From Chloroflexota bacterium (GTDB lineage Bacteria > Chloroflexota > Chloroflexia > Thermomicrobiales > UBA6265), in contig JAFAEX010000098.1 in the NCBI GenBank assembly GCA_023423795.1, positions 14,620 to 78,619 of the forward strand: a stretch of 64,000 nt of DNA, read 5' to 3'. This document shows positions 1-12,390 of the stretch, piece after piece. The notes beneath the pieces were generated by a model that was given only the letters and a program-made list of their open reading frames with translations, searched no databases and was not told the DNA's origin. Numbering within the stretch: the first letter of the stretch is position 1; each line of letters begins with the position of its first letter. The position numbers and the translations under genes were made by a program.

Positions 1-590
1 TTGAGCCGGTCGATGGCGTATTCACCAGCGGCGAACGCTTCGGCGCGGTGCGGGGAGGCGATGCAGATGACGACGCTGGCTTCCCCGACCGGGAGGAAGC
101 CGGTGCGGTGCACGATGGCAACGTGCTCGATGCCCCAGCGCTCGCGGATCTCGTCGCCGATTTTCGCCATCATCTTCTCGGCGGCTTCGGGGTAGGCCTC
201 GTAATCGAGGCCGACGACGCCCTTGCCGCGGGCGTTGTCGCGGACGCGGCCGACGAAGGTGAGCAGCGCGCCGCTGCCGGGGTCATCGACGAGGGCCTCG
301 ACGGCGCGCGGGTCGAGGGGCTCTTGCAGCACGCGGAAGCGGCCGTCGCCGCCGCTGACCGGCGGGATGAGCGCGAGTTCGTCGCCGTGCCCGAGGACGT
401 GGTCTTCGCGGGTGTATTCCTGGTTCACCATGAGCATGACGCGGCCGCGCATCGGCGCGAGCCGGGGTTCGTCGGCCTGGAGGGCGTCGAGGACCGCGCC
501 GACGGTTGCGCCGTCGGGCACGTCGCGCGCCTCTTTCGAGCGACCGAGCAGTTCGCGCACGGCGGCGAAATACCGGAGATTCACCCGCAT
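1..590 (-). CDS. Fused MoaD-MoaE molybdopterin synthase (MoaX-like); 3' end lies beyond the window
   Basis: Absent from the ORF track because there is no stop inside the window. Hand translation from ATG 590-588 gives MRVNLRYFAAVRELLG...ELALIPPVSGG, an 81-aa MoaD-type beta-grasp ending GG. It continues in frame into DGRFRVLQEPLD...GALLTFVGRVRDNARG...YEAYPEAAEKMM...RWGIEHVAIVHRTGFLPVGEASVVICIASPHRAEAF, which follows the MoaE pattern. Confidence 0.85.
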   Translation of the reverse strand, partial: MRVNLRYFAAVRELLGRSKEARDVPDGATVGAVLDALQADEPRLAPMRGRVMLMVNQEYTREDHVLGHGDELALIPPVSGGDGRFRVLQEPLDPRAVEALVDDPGSGALLTFVGRVRDNARGKGVVGLDYEAYPEAAEKMMAKIGDEIRERWGIEHVAIVHRTGFLPVGEASVVICIASPHRAEAFAAGEYAIDRL

Positions 591-729
591 CGTTGGTCCC
601 TTGTCTCACGCCTGCCATCGACCGGCCCGTTGAGCGAATCTACCATGTGCGCCATTCCGGGCATTGGGAGCCGTTCGGCGATGACGGTGATTCTGTCGCA
701 GGCCGGCGGGACGACGATGAGGTTGGGTC

Positions 730-1701
730 GTGAAGGAAGAATCACCTCCCGAGGGGTACACGGCCGCAGCGCCGACGCTGGACGATCTCGGCGAGATCGC
801 GGACCTGATGGCGGCGGCGCAGCGGGCCGATCTCGGGACGGCGGAAACGACGGCCGAAGCGTTGGCCGGCGACCTGAAAGGCGTCGATCTCGCGACGATG
901 GCGGTTCTCGTCCGCGGCGACGACGGCACGGCGGCGGCGTACGCGGACGTCATCGACCGCGCGCATTCGGTCGTGTCGGTGTACGGGCACGTCCATCCGG
1001 CTCACCGTGGGCGCGGTCTCGGGCGCTGGCTGGTGAAATGGGGCGAGCGTTACGCGGAGCGGGTGATGCCGCTGGCCGATCCTGAGGCGATGGTCGCGGT
1101 CCAGCACTTCGTGCCGAAGGAGCACGCGAAGGCGCGCGAACTGCTCGCGGGACGCGGGTACGAACCGGTCCGTGAGGTCTACGAGATGGCGATCGACCTG
1201 CGCGAAGCACCAGCCGTCCCGGATGCTCCGGACGGGTTCTCGGTGCGGGTGTTTCGGCCCGGCATCGACGACCGGGCGGCGTACGAAGCGATGGAGGATG
1301 CGTTCCGCGATCTTTGGGGCCGGCCGCAGGGATCGTGGGAGCGGTACCGGGCGATGCTCGACGTGCTGGCGGCCGATCCCGGGCTGATGCTGCTGGCGTG
1401 GGACGGAGACGATCTGGCCGGCCAGTGCTGGGCGCGGCGGCTCGGCGACGAGGCGTGGATCGACGCGCTCGGGGTGGGGCGGCGCTGGCGGGGTCGCGGA
1501 CTTGGGCGATTCCTGCTGCTGTCTGCGTTCGCTGCGCTGCGCGAACGGGGTGCGCGGACGACGATGCTGAACGTGGACGCCGGGAACACGAGCGGCGCGG
1601 CACGGCTATACCTCGGGGCCGGAATGCGGATTCTCCGGGGACACGACGTGATGCGCCGGGTGCTGCGGCCGGGCGGCGAGTTGGTGGATGAGCGGGCGTA
1701 G
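730..1701 (+). CDS. GNAT family N-acetyltransferase with two tandem GNAT domains (MshD-like architecture)
   Basis: 323-aa ORF with a GTG start. It has two acetyl-CoA binding motifs, HRGRGLGRWL and RWRGRGLGRFLL. Confidence 0.8.
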   Translation: MKEESPPEGYTAAAPTLDDLGEIADLMAAAQRADLGTAETTAEALAGDLKGVDLATMAVLVRGDDGTAAAYADVIDRAHSVVSVYGHVHPAHRGRGLGRWLVKWGERYAERVMPLADPEAMVAVQHFVPKEHAKARELLAGRGYEPVREVYEMAIDLREAPAVPDAPDGFSVRVFRPGIDDRAAYEAMEDAFRDLWGRPQGSWERYRAMLDVLAADPGLMLLAWDGDDLAGQCWARRLGDEAWIDALGVGRRWRGRGLGRFLLLSAFAALRERGARTTMLNVDAGNTSGAARLYLGAGMRILRGHDVMRRVLRPGGELVDERA

Positions 1702-1756
1702 GCGAGGTTCATTCGCGCACGGGACCGAGCCGGTTTGGCTTCGTTGGGATGAGGCG

Positions 1757-3217
1757 TTACGACGCTCCGGCGGAGTCGCCGGCGATTTCGAGCGCCATGA
1801 GGGCCAACTGGAGCGAAAGGCGGGTCGCCGGGTCGAGCGGGTCGAGACCGGTGAGGTTGGCGACCTGGCGCAACCGGTAGGCGAGGGTATTGCGGTGGAT
1901 CCCGAGCAGGCGGGCCGCTTCGACGCTCGCGCCGCCGGTTTCGAGGAAGACGGCGAGGGTCCGGCGCAATTCTCCCCGCCGGTCGCGGTCGGGGAGTTCT
2001 CGCAGGACGGCGGCGGAAAAGGCACGCAGGGCGTCGCCGCCGCGCAAGGGGTAGAGCACCTGCCATGCGCCGAGCGTGCGGGCGTCGTCGAAGGCGACGG
2101 CGCCGGGCTGGATGCGGCCGGAGCGGAGCAAGGTTCCGACGAACCGCGCCTCGGCAGCCGCCTCCGGAAGGCGCGAGAATCCGTGCGCCGGGGCAGAGAT
2201 CGCGAGCCAGCAGTCGCCGCCCGACCGAAGCGGACGGAACGATTCACCGGTGCGGTCCGTCGCGGCGCTTCGCGGCGATTGCGGTTTCCGGGTTTCGAGC
2301 AGCCAGGCAGGATCGCCATCGACCGAACCGGCATCGATCGGGGCTGACGCGCCGGCGTACCGCTGCACCTCCGAGATGGATGCGGCAGGCGCGATGGCGA
2401 CGCGGTACTCGGCGTCCGGCGAGAGGCCGAGCCGGAGCGCGGTGGCGCGCTGGGCGAGGTCGTCGGCGGGCTGCTCCCCGAACAGCAGCAGGTTCAGGCC
2501 ACGGGCGCGGGCGGGGCCGCGTGGGCGATCGGCATCGGCACGGCGGGCGGCGGCCGCAAGCGCTTCCGCCAGCCGCTCGGCGGCAATGCGCGCGAGGGCC
2601 GCGCGACGGCGGTCGGTCCAGCCGACGGCGGTCTCGAAGCCGCCGGGGATCGTCGCCCGCTCCCAGGCTGGGGAAATCGAACGGTCGGATCGTGGGTCAT
2701 GCTCGGCGAGGGTTTCCGACGCGGCGGCGAATCGGACCGGCAGGTCCAGCAACGTCGCGGCTTCGCGGACGAGGTGGACTGCGTCGGCAGAGACCGCGCC
2801 GAGTTTGCCGAGCATGCGGCCGAGGTCGGTACCGGTCCGGTACAACTCGCCGCGGAACTCGGTGAGGGCGCGGTTAAGGACGCCTTCGATTTCGCCGGGC
2901 GAACCGTCGCCGTGGAACGTGAGCACCGACAACGGAGAATCGGGCATATCGGGAGCGATGCCTGCCGGGACGATGAGCCCGATCGCGCCGAGCCGGTGGA
3001 GGTCGGTGATGAGGTCGGGCCACGGCTGCCCGGCGGCGGCGATGGCGCCCTCTCCGAAGAAGACGAGTTCGCCGCCGCGAAGCGTGGGCAGCATCGGCGG
3101 GGCGGTGCGGGCGGCAACGACCCAGCCCACCTCGGTATCGCCGGTGTCGCGGGCTTCCGACCAGAGCCGCAACCGTGGCTCCAGCGCGACCAGGTCGGCG
3201 AGCGTCACCTCCGCCAT
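1757..3217 (-). CDS. PucR/CdaR family transcriptional regulator
   Basis: C-terminal HTH GGASVEAARLLGIHRNTLAYRLRQVANLTG. N-terminal MAEVTLADLVALEPRLRL...LRGGELVFF is typical of the PucR N domain. The track ORF (to 3844) was trimmed to ATG 3217, which has AAGGA upstream. An alternative ATG lies at 3238. Confidence 0.8.
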   Translation of the reverse strand: MAEVTLADLVALEPRLRLWSEARDTGDTEVGWVVAARTAPPMLPTLRGGELVFFGEGAIAAAGQPWPDLITDLHRLGAIGLIVPAGIAPDMPDSPLSVLTFHGDGSPGEIEGVLNRALTEFRGELYRTGTDLGRMLGKLGAVSADAVHLVREAATLLDLPVRFAAASETLAEHDPRSDRSISPAWERATIPGGFETAVGWTDRRRAALARIAAERLAEALAAAARRADADRPRGPARARGLNLLLFGEQPADDLAQRATALRLGLSPDAEYRVAIAPAASISEVQRYAGASAPIDAGSVDGDPAWLLETRKPQSPRSAATDRTGESFRPLRSGGDCWLAISAPAHGFSRLPEAAAEARFVGTLLRSGRIQPGAVAFDDARTLGAWQVLYPLRGGDALRAFSAAVLRELPDRDRRGELRRTLAVFLETGGASVEAARLLGIHRNTLAYRLRQVANLTGLDPLDPATRLSLQLALMALEIAGDSAGAS

Positions 3218-3845
3218 GCGTGCGTGGCCATCCTTCATGCAACGATCGGGCGGTCTGTCGCGAATAGTACGGGACGGGGGCGAGCGTGCGAGACGCGTGC
3301 AGGGCCGGGCTTGCTCATCGGAGATGACGAATCTTGCCAGCGGACGAGCGGCGCGTGGAGCGAACGAGACTGATGGTTGCCGCCCGCCCGCAGGCGAGGG
3401 CGTTTGCCAGCCTGGCCGGAGGAACGACTGAGCGGGCGCGGTGACCGCGGTTGCCCTGCTGATCCGTTCACGGACCGTGCCCGACCAGGGTTGATGGCGC
3501 TTGCCAGGAAAGTCCGGGAATGGGCGAGGCGGGCCGGGGGCAGCATCAAACAAGCAAACGGTTCTAGCATCCGGTGCCGCCGTTGCCGGACTTTTCGTCC
3601 ATGCATTGTTCGTCGGAGCAGCACAAATGACAGCAGGTTTCACCCGGTGACCGGGGAGATCGATTCCGGCATTGCGTCCCGGCTCCGGACCTGCGACACG
3701 GTGTCCACGAAGCAGGATGTTGGGATGCGAACGGGACGCAATTCGGGGTGACCCCTTTTCGCGCGCCGGTGCGATCTGATACTGTACGTACACCCCGCAC
3801 GTTCTCTCCGGAAAGCGATCGCCGAGTTTGACCTTCGGGCACATC

Positions 3846-3873
3846 TTGTGCCTCGGGGATGATCGGCTATACT
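3846..3873 (+). promoter_or_regulatory. Putative sigma-70 type promoter of nrdJ (TTGTGC-N16-TATACT)
   Basis: TTGTGC at 3846-3851 and TATACT at 3868-3873 form the only AT-rich hexamer pair upstream of nrdJ. Palindrome CTACATGTAG (3872-3881) overlaps the -10/+1 region. Confidence 0.45.
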
Positions 3874-4109
3874 ACATGTAGCGGTGTCACCGGCCGGGTA
3901 CCCCAAATGGTGACCATCGCCCGCTTCGTGGGCCGACCGGTCGAGACCCAGCGGCCGGAGCCACGGGCGGGGTGGAACGCTTTCCCCCTCGGCAGAGAGC
4001 AGCGGCGAGCGTGGTCGGCAACGACCGCGAGCGCGGGGGTCACGGTTCTGCGTCGGACCGGGTGGGACGGTCCGCGGACGGAACGGCGCACGGGCGCGGA
4101 GAGGTCGGC

Positions 4110-7556
<3,447 letters not shown>

Positions 7557-7580
7557 CAACGAGACGGTCCTGAACGAAAA

Positions 7581-7614
7581 CGGCGGGCCGGGGAACTCCC
7601 CGGCCCGCCGTTTT
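7581..7614 (+). terminator. Rho-independent terminator after nrdJ
   Basis: Stem CGGCGGGCCGGGG (7581-7593), loop AACT, stem CCCCGGCCCGCCG (7598-7610), then TTTT (7611-7614). Confidence 0.7.
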
Positions 7615-7733
7615 CCCGTGGTCGGCCGTTCGGGTCATCGCGCCCAGCATCGGCAAACCGGCGGCAGCGAGCGGTCGGGTATCCTCGGAGCCCTAAGGAA
7701 CAATTCGGGGAGCGGGGACGGGGAGCGCCACAC

Positions 7734-8324
7734 ATGGGCAAGACGTACGAGGAGATCGACGACCGGCTGGCGCGCTGGATCGATCGACAACCGATGTTCT
7801 TCATCGCGACCGCGCCGCTCGCCGCCGACGGGCACGTGAACGTGTCGCCAAAGGGGATGCGAGGGACGTTCCGGGTGACGGGCCCGCGGTCGTTCGCCTA
7901 CCTCGACCTGGTGGGCAGCGGCGTGGAGACGATCGCCCATCTGCGCGAGAACGGCCGGATCACGGTGATGTTCTGCGCGTTCGAGGGACCGCCGAAGATC
8001 GTGCGGCTGCACGGCCGCGGCACGGTGTCCGAGCCGGGCGACGAAGGATACGAGACTCTCGTCGCCGAATTCGGGCAGTGCGGTGACGGGCCGATCGCGC
8101 GGCGGGCGGTGGTGTTGGTCGATGTCGAGCGGATTTCCGACTCCTGCGGCTACGGGGTGCCGCTCATGGAGTACACCGGGGATCGAGACCAGCACGAACG
8201 ATGGGTGGAGGCGAAGGCGGCGAAGGGCGGCAGCGGTTGGCAAGCCGACTACATCGGGGAGAAGAATGCCGCGAGCATTGACGGGCTGCCGGGCGTCGAT
8301 GCGTCACGCCATGCAGGATCGTGA
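7734..8324 (+). CDS. Pyridoxamine 5'-phosphate oxidase family (FMN/F420-binding split barrel) protein
   Basis: 196-aa ORF. The pattern MFFIATAPLAADGHVNVSPKG...ENGRITVMFCAFEGPPKIVRLHGRG is typical of PPOX-class proteins. Confidence 0.75.
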   Translation: MGKTYEEIDDRLARWIDRQPMFFIATAPLAADGHVNVSPKGMRGTFRVTGPRSFAYLDLVGSGVETIAHLRENGRITVMFCAFEGPPKIVRLHGRGTVSEPGDEGYETLVAEFGQCGDGPIARRAVVLVDVERISDSCGYGVPLMEYTGDRDQHERWVEAKAAKGGSGWQADYIGEKNAASIDGLPGVDASRHAGS

Positions 8325-8360
8325 CGGGCGCTCCGGCGGTCGGCACTTGGCGACGCGCCG

Positions 8361-9239
8361 TCATCCCGAGCCCGCCGTCAGGCCCTTGACGATGTAGCGC
8401 TCCAGGAAGATGCCGATGATCGCCAGCGGCAGGATCGCGGCGGTGGTCAGCGCGGCCATCGTCCACCACTTGATGCCTTGCGAGGAGACCTGGCCGGCGA
8501 TCAGGAACGGCAGCGTCACCGCGTTGGTCGAAGAGAGGACGAGGGCGATGAAGTACTCGTTCCAGCAAAGCACGACGGTGAGGATGTAGGCGGCGACGAG
8601 GCCGGGACCGGCGATGGGGAGAACGATCCGGCCGAAGGCGGCCCAGATCGACGCGCCGTCCACCTGCGCCGCCTGCTCCAGTTCCAGCGGGATGGAATTG
8701 AACTGGTCGCGCATGATCCAGATGACGATCGGCAGGTTCATGACGGTGTAGATCAGGATCAGTCCCGATCTGGTGTCCTTCAGGCCGAGATCGACGAACA
8801 TCAACAAAATGGGCATCGCGATCGCGGCTGGCGGCAAGATGAGTTGCGACAGGAAGAAGTTGGATATCTGCTGATTGTTCCATGGTCCGAAGCGATAGGG
8901 GAAGCGGGTCAGCCCGTAGGCTGCCAGCGCGCCGAGGACGGTGGCGCAGGCGGCGGCGACGGTGGAGACGACCAGCGTGTTCTGGAAGTGCTTGAGGAAC
9001 TGCGAGCGCTGGCCACGCTCGTAGAGCAGCGGCCGCCAGCCCATCTCGTCGGGTTGGAAATCGACGTACGGGACGTACTTGGGCCCTTGCAGGATGGCCT
9101 CGCGCGGCTTGATCGACGTCGTGACGGTCCAGTAAAGCGGAAAGATGCAGACGACGGCCCACATCAGCAGGCCGATGTAGACGAACACCTTCTTGAGCGA
9201 GCCGCCGGCATCGGGCCGGGCGGCGGCATGCGCAGACAT
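8361..9239 (-). CDS. Carbohydrate ABC transporter permease (MalG-like)
   Basis: This is the C-terminal part of the 1139-aa track ORF, trimmed to ATG 9239 (MSAHAAARP). It has multiple TM segments and the EAA loop LELEQAAQVDGASIWAAFGRIVLPIAGPG. Confidence 0.88.
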   Translation of the reverse strand: MSAHAAARPDAGGSLKKVFVYIGLLMWAVVCIFPLYWTVTTSIKPREAILQGPKYVPYVDFQPDEMGWRPLLYERGQRSQFLKHFQNTLVVSTVAAACATVLGALAAYGLTRFPYRFGPWNNQQISNFFLSQLILPPAAIAMPILLMFVDLGLKDTRSGLILIYTVMNLPIVIWIMRDQFNSIPLELEQAAQVDGASIWAAFGRIVLPIAGPGLVAAYILTVVLCWNEYFIALVLSSTNAVTLPFLIAGQVSSQGIKWWTMAALTTAAILPLAIIGIFLERYIVKGLTAGSG

Positions 9240-9265
9240 GGGCGACTCCGGCGCCGGGGCGCTGG

Positions 9266-10384
9266 CTAGTACGTGACGTCTCGCACGCGGCGGGTCACGA
9301 AGACGATGAAGATCGAGACGACGACGAGGACGATAACGAGAAAGGTCATCGCCATGGTGGTGGCGTACCCGACGTTGGTGCTCTCCACGCCCTCGCGGTA
9401 GATGTAGAGGGAGACGGTGTCGGTCGCACCGCCGGGGCCGCCGGCGGTGACGACGCGGACGATATCGACGAGTTTGAACTCGAAGATCATCCGCAGCACG
9501 ATGGCGGTCAGGCTCACCGGCAGCATCAGCGGGAAGGTCAGGTCGCGGAAGCGGCGAAGCCCGGTCGCGCCGTCGATCTGGGCGGCCTCGAAGATTTCGT
9601 GCGGGAGCGCCTGCAGGCCGGCGAGCAGCATCACCATCATGAACGGGATGTTGATCCACGAGTCCATGGCGACGATGCCGAGGAACGCCGGGACCGGCTG
9701 GTCGAAGAACGAGACGCCGTCGATCCCGATCTTTTCGAGCAGGTTGGGAAGCACGCCGCGGTTGGCGTCCATGATCGAGCGGCCGATCATCCAGCCGACG
9801 GCGACCGGGCTGATCATGAAGGGCAGGAGGAAGGCGACGCGAAAGAATTTCTGGGCGCGGATCTGCTGGTTCAGGAGCAGCGCCACCCCGAACGCGATGA
9901 CATACTGGATGGGGATGGCGATGAAGACGTACTTGAAGTTGTTGCCGAGCGCGTTCCAGAACGTCTCGTCGTTCGCGAGTTTCCGGAAGTTGTCGAACCC
10001 GTTGAAGCGCAGCCCGTGCGCCGATCCGAGATCCCACTCGGCGAAGGCGACGACGAACCCGAAGAGGGTGGGGAAGATCACCAGCGCAAGCGTGACCTGA
10101 AGACCGGGCAGCAGGAACAGCAACTGGCGTCCGCGCTCGCCGCGGGTGACGACGACCGCGATGTCCACGAGGACGAACCAGGCGACGACCGCGACGGCGA
10201 CGGGCTTCCACGAGGAGAAGCCCTGCTCGATAAAGCCGAGCGTGCGCAGCGCCTGCATCATGACGAGCGCCACCACCAGCCCGGTCGCGACCTGGACCAC
10301 GATCCGCATCGCGGCGGCCCTGGCGCCGGCAGGGCGGGTCGGGGCGGCGACCGCGATCGGCGGGGTTGAGGCTTGCTGATTCAC
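9266..10384 (-). CDS. Carbohydrate ABC transporter permease (MalF-like)
   Basis: EAA loop IFEAAQIDGATGLRRFRDLTFPLMLP. The start is uncertain: GTG 10384 is chosen, with ATG 10471 and an internal MRIVVQ as alternatives. Confidence 0.85.
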   Translation of the reverse strand: MNQQASTPPIAVAAPTRPAGARAAAMRIVVQVATGLVVALVMMQALRTLGFIEQGFSSWKPVAVAVVAWFVLVDIAVVVTRGERGRQLLFLLPGLQVTLALVIFPTLFGFVVAFAEWDLGSAHGLRFNGFDNFRKLANDETFWNALGNNFKYVFIAIPIQYVIAFGVALLLNQQIRAQKFFRVAFLLPFMISPVAVGWMIGRSIMDANRGVLPNLLEKIGIDGVSFFDQPVPAFLGIVAMDSWINIPFMMVMLLAGLQALPHEIFEAAQIDGATGLRRFRDLTFPLMLPVSLTAIVLRMIFEFKLVDIVRVVTAGGPGGATDTVSLYIYREGVESTNVGYATTMAMTFLVIVLVVVSIFIVFVTRRVRDVTY

Positions 10385-10492
10385 GCGGCGACCTCGTGCG
10401 GAAAGCGTGGGCGAATCCAACGACGCTGGCGCGCAACGAGCGCCCGGCACAGGCCGGACGCTCGTTGGCAAACGCCCGCGAACTCGCCGGCG

Positions 10493-12133
10493 CTACGAGC
10501 CTAGCGCGCCCTGGTAGAGCGCGAGCTGCTCCTCGCGGCCGAGGCGGTCGGTGATCTCCTGCCACGCTTCGGCGGCCGTGTTGAGTGCGTCCTCGGCGCT
10601 CTTCTGGCCGGCGACGGCGAGGGCGATCTCGTTCTCCGCCGCAATGTAGTAGTCGAAGATGCCCGGGATGCGCGGCTCGACCGCGCCGTTCGGGTGGTTG
10701 TAGGAATCCGACTGGGACGCGAGGTAGCTCTCGGCGAACTCCGCGGGCATCCCGGCGTCGGTCCAGTACTCGATGTTGAAGTGGGAGTCGCGGTACGGCT
10801 GGAAGCCGGAAGGGTAGATCGACGTCCAGGTCGAAAGGTCCTTGCCGCCGAGGTGGGCGGCGAGGTCCCACGCGGCTTCGCTGACGCCGCGCTCCTCGGC
10901 CTTGGCCATCACGTAGAGGCCCCAGCCGATGTAGGCCTCGTTCGGGGCGAAGTTCGGGCCGTCGCCCGGGGTCTCCCAGGCGGCTTCCTTGTTGTTGTAG
11001 ACGTCCGGCGAGCCGGGCAGGATGGAGAAGCCCATCTTGTCCTGCACGATGGACGTGTCGCTGGTGTAGACGTTGGAGCCGACGTCGCCCCACCAGGCGC
11101 ACATGGAGCCGGTGCCGCTGAGGATCTGGCCGAGGGTGACCAGCAGGTCGGCGTTGGTCTGGTCTGCGGGCTGCGAGCCGATGGTGTCGATCATGTCCTG
11201 CAGCGCGCGGACGAAGGCCGGGTTGTTGACGTACGGGTCCATGTTCTCGGGGTTGAACAGCCAGGCCGGGTCGCCGGGGTACTTCGCGTAGGCAGTGGCG
11301 CGGGAAGCGAAGAAGTACCAGGTGAAGCCGCCGCCCTGCTTGACCACGTCGAGGAACCCATAGGTGTCCTCGCCCGTGGAGGAAAGGGTCTTGCCCTTCA
11401 GGAAGTTGGTGTAGGCGTTGACCTGCTGCCAGGTGGTGGGGACGCCCCACTCGCCCTCGCCGCCTTCGGCGGCCCACTGCTCGGCCAGCTCGGCGTCGGA
11501 GAAGTAGTCGGTGCGGTAGTTGAAGTTGTGGCAGTCGCCGTCGATGGAGATGCGGTAGGTCTTGCCGTCCCAGGTGCCGACCGGCGGCTTCAGGAGCTGG
11601 ACGTAATCGTCCATCTCGACCTGGTCCATGACCCAGTCCGGCATTGCGAGGCCGAGCCCGCGGCCGAGGATGTCGCCCTCCCACGGCGCGCCGCCCTCGA
11701 GCACGTCGAACTCGATCTCGCCGGTGGCGATGCCCTGCTGGACCTTGGCGAAGACCTCGCCCTGCGGCACGTCGATCCACTGGATGGTCGCGCCGGTGTA
11801 CTCCTCCCAGGCGCGCGAGAGCGGCCGGAAGATGTTGTTGTGGAAACCGGCGTTGTTGAGCCCGAGGAACGTGACCGTCTGGCCGGCGAACGCGCCCTGC
11901 TTCGTCGAGCGCAGCGCCAGTTCGCCCACCCGCTCCATGTCGGATTCGGTCGGCTGCGCGCCGGGGCCGGGGATCGCGAGCATCTGGGCCAGGACATTGT
12001 CCTGCGCCCGCGCCCGGCGGTAGGACTTGCCGGGGATGCCGGTGGCGTAGAGACCGGCGGCGGCGCCGACCGCACCCTTGATCAGGGAGCGGCGGGACGC
12101 ATTACTGGTCAAAATCCGGCTGCGTGTGGACAT
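10493..12133 (-). CDS. ABC transporter extracellular solute-binding protein (sugar type) with Tat-like signal
   Basis: Trimmed to ATG 12133, giving MSTRSRILTSNASRRSLIKGAVGAAAGL (twin-arginine signal). It is the first gene of a three-gene ABC operon. No ATPase gene is present in the operon. Confidence 0.85.
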   Translation of the reverse strand: MSTRSRILTSNASRRSLIKGAVGAAAGLYATGIPGKSYRRARAQDNVLAQMLAIPGPGAQPTESDMERVGELALRSTKQGAFAGQTVTFLGLNNAGFHNNIFRPLSRAWEEYTGATIQWIDVPQGEVFAKVQQGIATGEIEFDVLEGGAPWEGDILGRGLGLAMPDWVMDQVEMDDYVQLLKPPVGTWDGKTYRISIDGDCHNFNYRTDYFSDAELAEQWAAEGGEGEWGVPTTWQQVNAYTNFLKGKTLSSTGEDTYGFLDVVKQGGGFTWYFFASRATAYAKYPGDPAWLFNPENMDPYVNNPAFVRALQDMIDTIGSQPADQTNADLLVTLGQILSGTGSMCAWWGDVGSNVYTSDTSIVQDKMGFSILPGSPDVYNNKEAAWETPGDGPNFAPNEAYIGWGLYVMAKAEERGVSEAAWDLAAHLGGKDLSTWTSIYPSGFQPYRDSHFNIEYWTDAGMPAEFAESYLASQSDSYNHPNGAVEPRIPGIFDYYIAAENEIALAVAGQKSAEDALNTAAEAWQEITDRLGREEQLALYQGALGS

Positions 12134-12333
12134 CGCGAATCGAACCTCCTCGTTCGATGGGTTGCGCAGGGCAACCATCTTCACCCGCTATTCGGCTTCC
12201 GGGATCGCGCGTACTATCGCGGGGGGCCGCGGCGGTGTCAACAGCCGCGGCCCTTCGCGGCGACGTCCGACACGTCGGCCCGGCGATGATTCCGGGTTGG
12301 CTCGTTCGCGTCGCGACGAGCAGCATGCAACGC

Positions 12334-12359
12334 CCGGGCGGCCGTAAACGGCCGCCCGG
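12334..12359 (-). terminator. GC-rich hairpin downstream of otsA (possible terminator)
   Basis: Perfect 11-bp stem CCGGGCGGCCG / CGGCCGCCCGG with a 4-nt loop, 32 nt after the otsA stop. No clear U-tract follows. Confidence 0.35.
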
Positions 12360-12390
12360 TGCGCTCATGGCGCGCACGTACCAGCCGGAA

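Noticed and set aside
3507-3517. GGAAAGTCCGG, reminiscent of the universally conserved RNase P RNA segment GGAAAGUCCGGGC
   Set aside because: None of the other RNase P conserved regions could be found nearby on either strand. Missing examples include the ACAGAACCCGGCUUA-like 3' region and the GGUAAGGGUGAAAGGGUG region.
3564-3842. Cys-rich C-terminus (ETCCHLCCSDEQCMDEKSGNGGTGC) suggesting a RiPP precursor
   Set aside because: The rest of the 92-aa frame is Arg/Pro-rich noise. No ribosome-binding site or nearby start precedes the Cys-rich part, and no maturation enzymes are adjacent.
3880-4109. Cobalamin riboswitch in the nrdJ leader
   Set aside because: No B12 box (AGYCMGGAGACCKGCC-like) and no GGGAA...GCCACUG core are present. 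Biologically, B12 riboswitches repress B12-independent RNRs, not the B12-dependent NrdJ.
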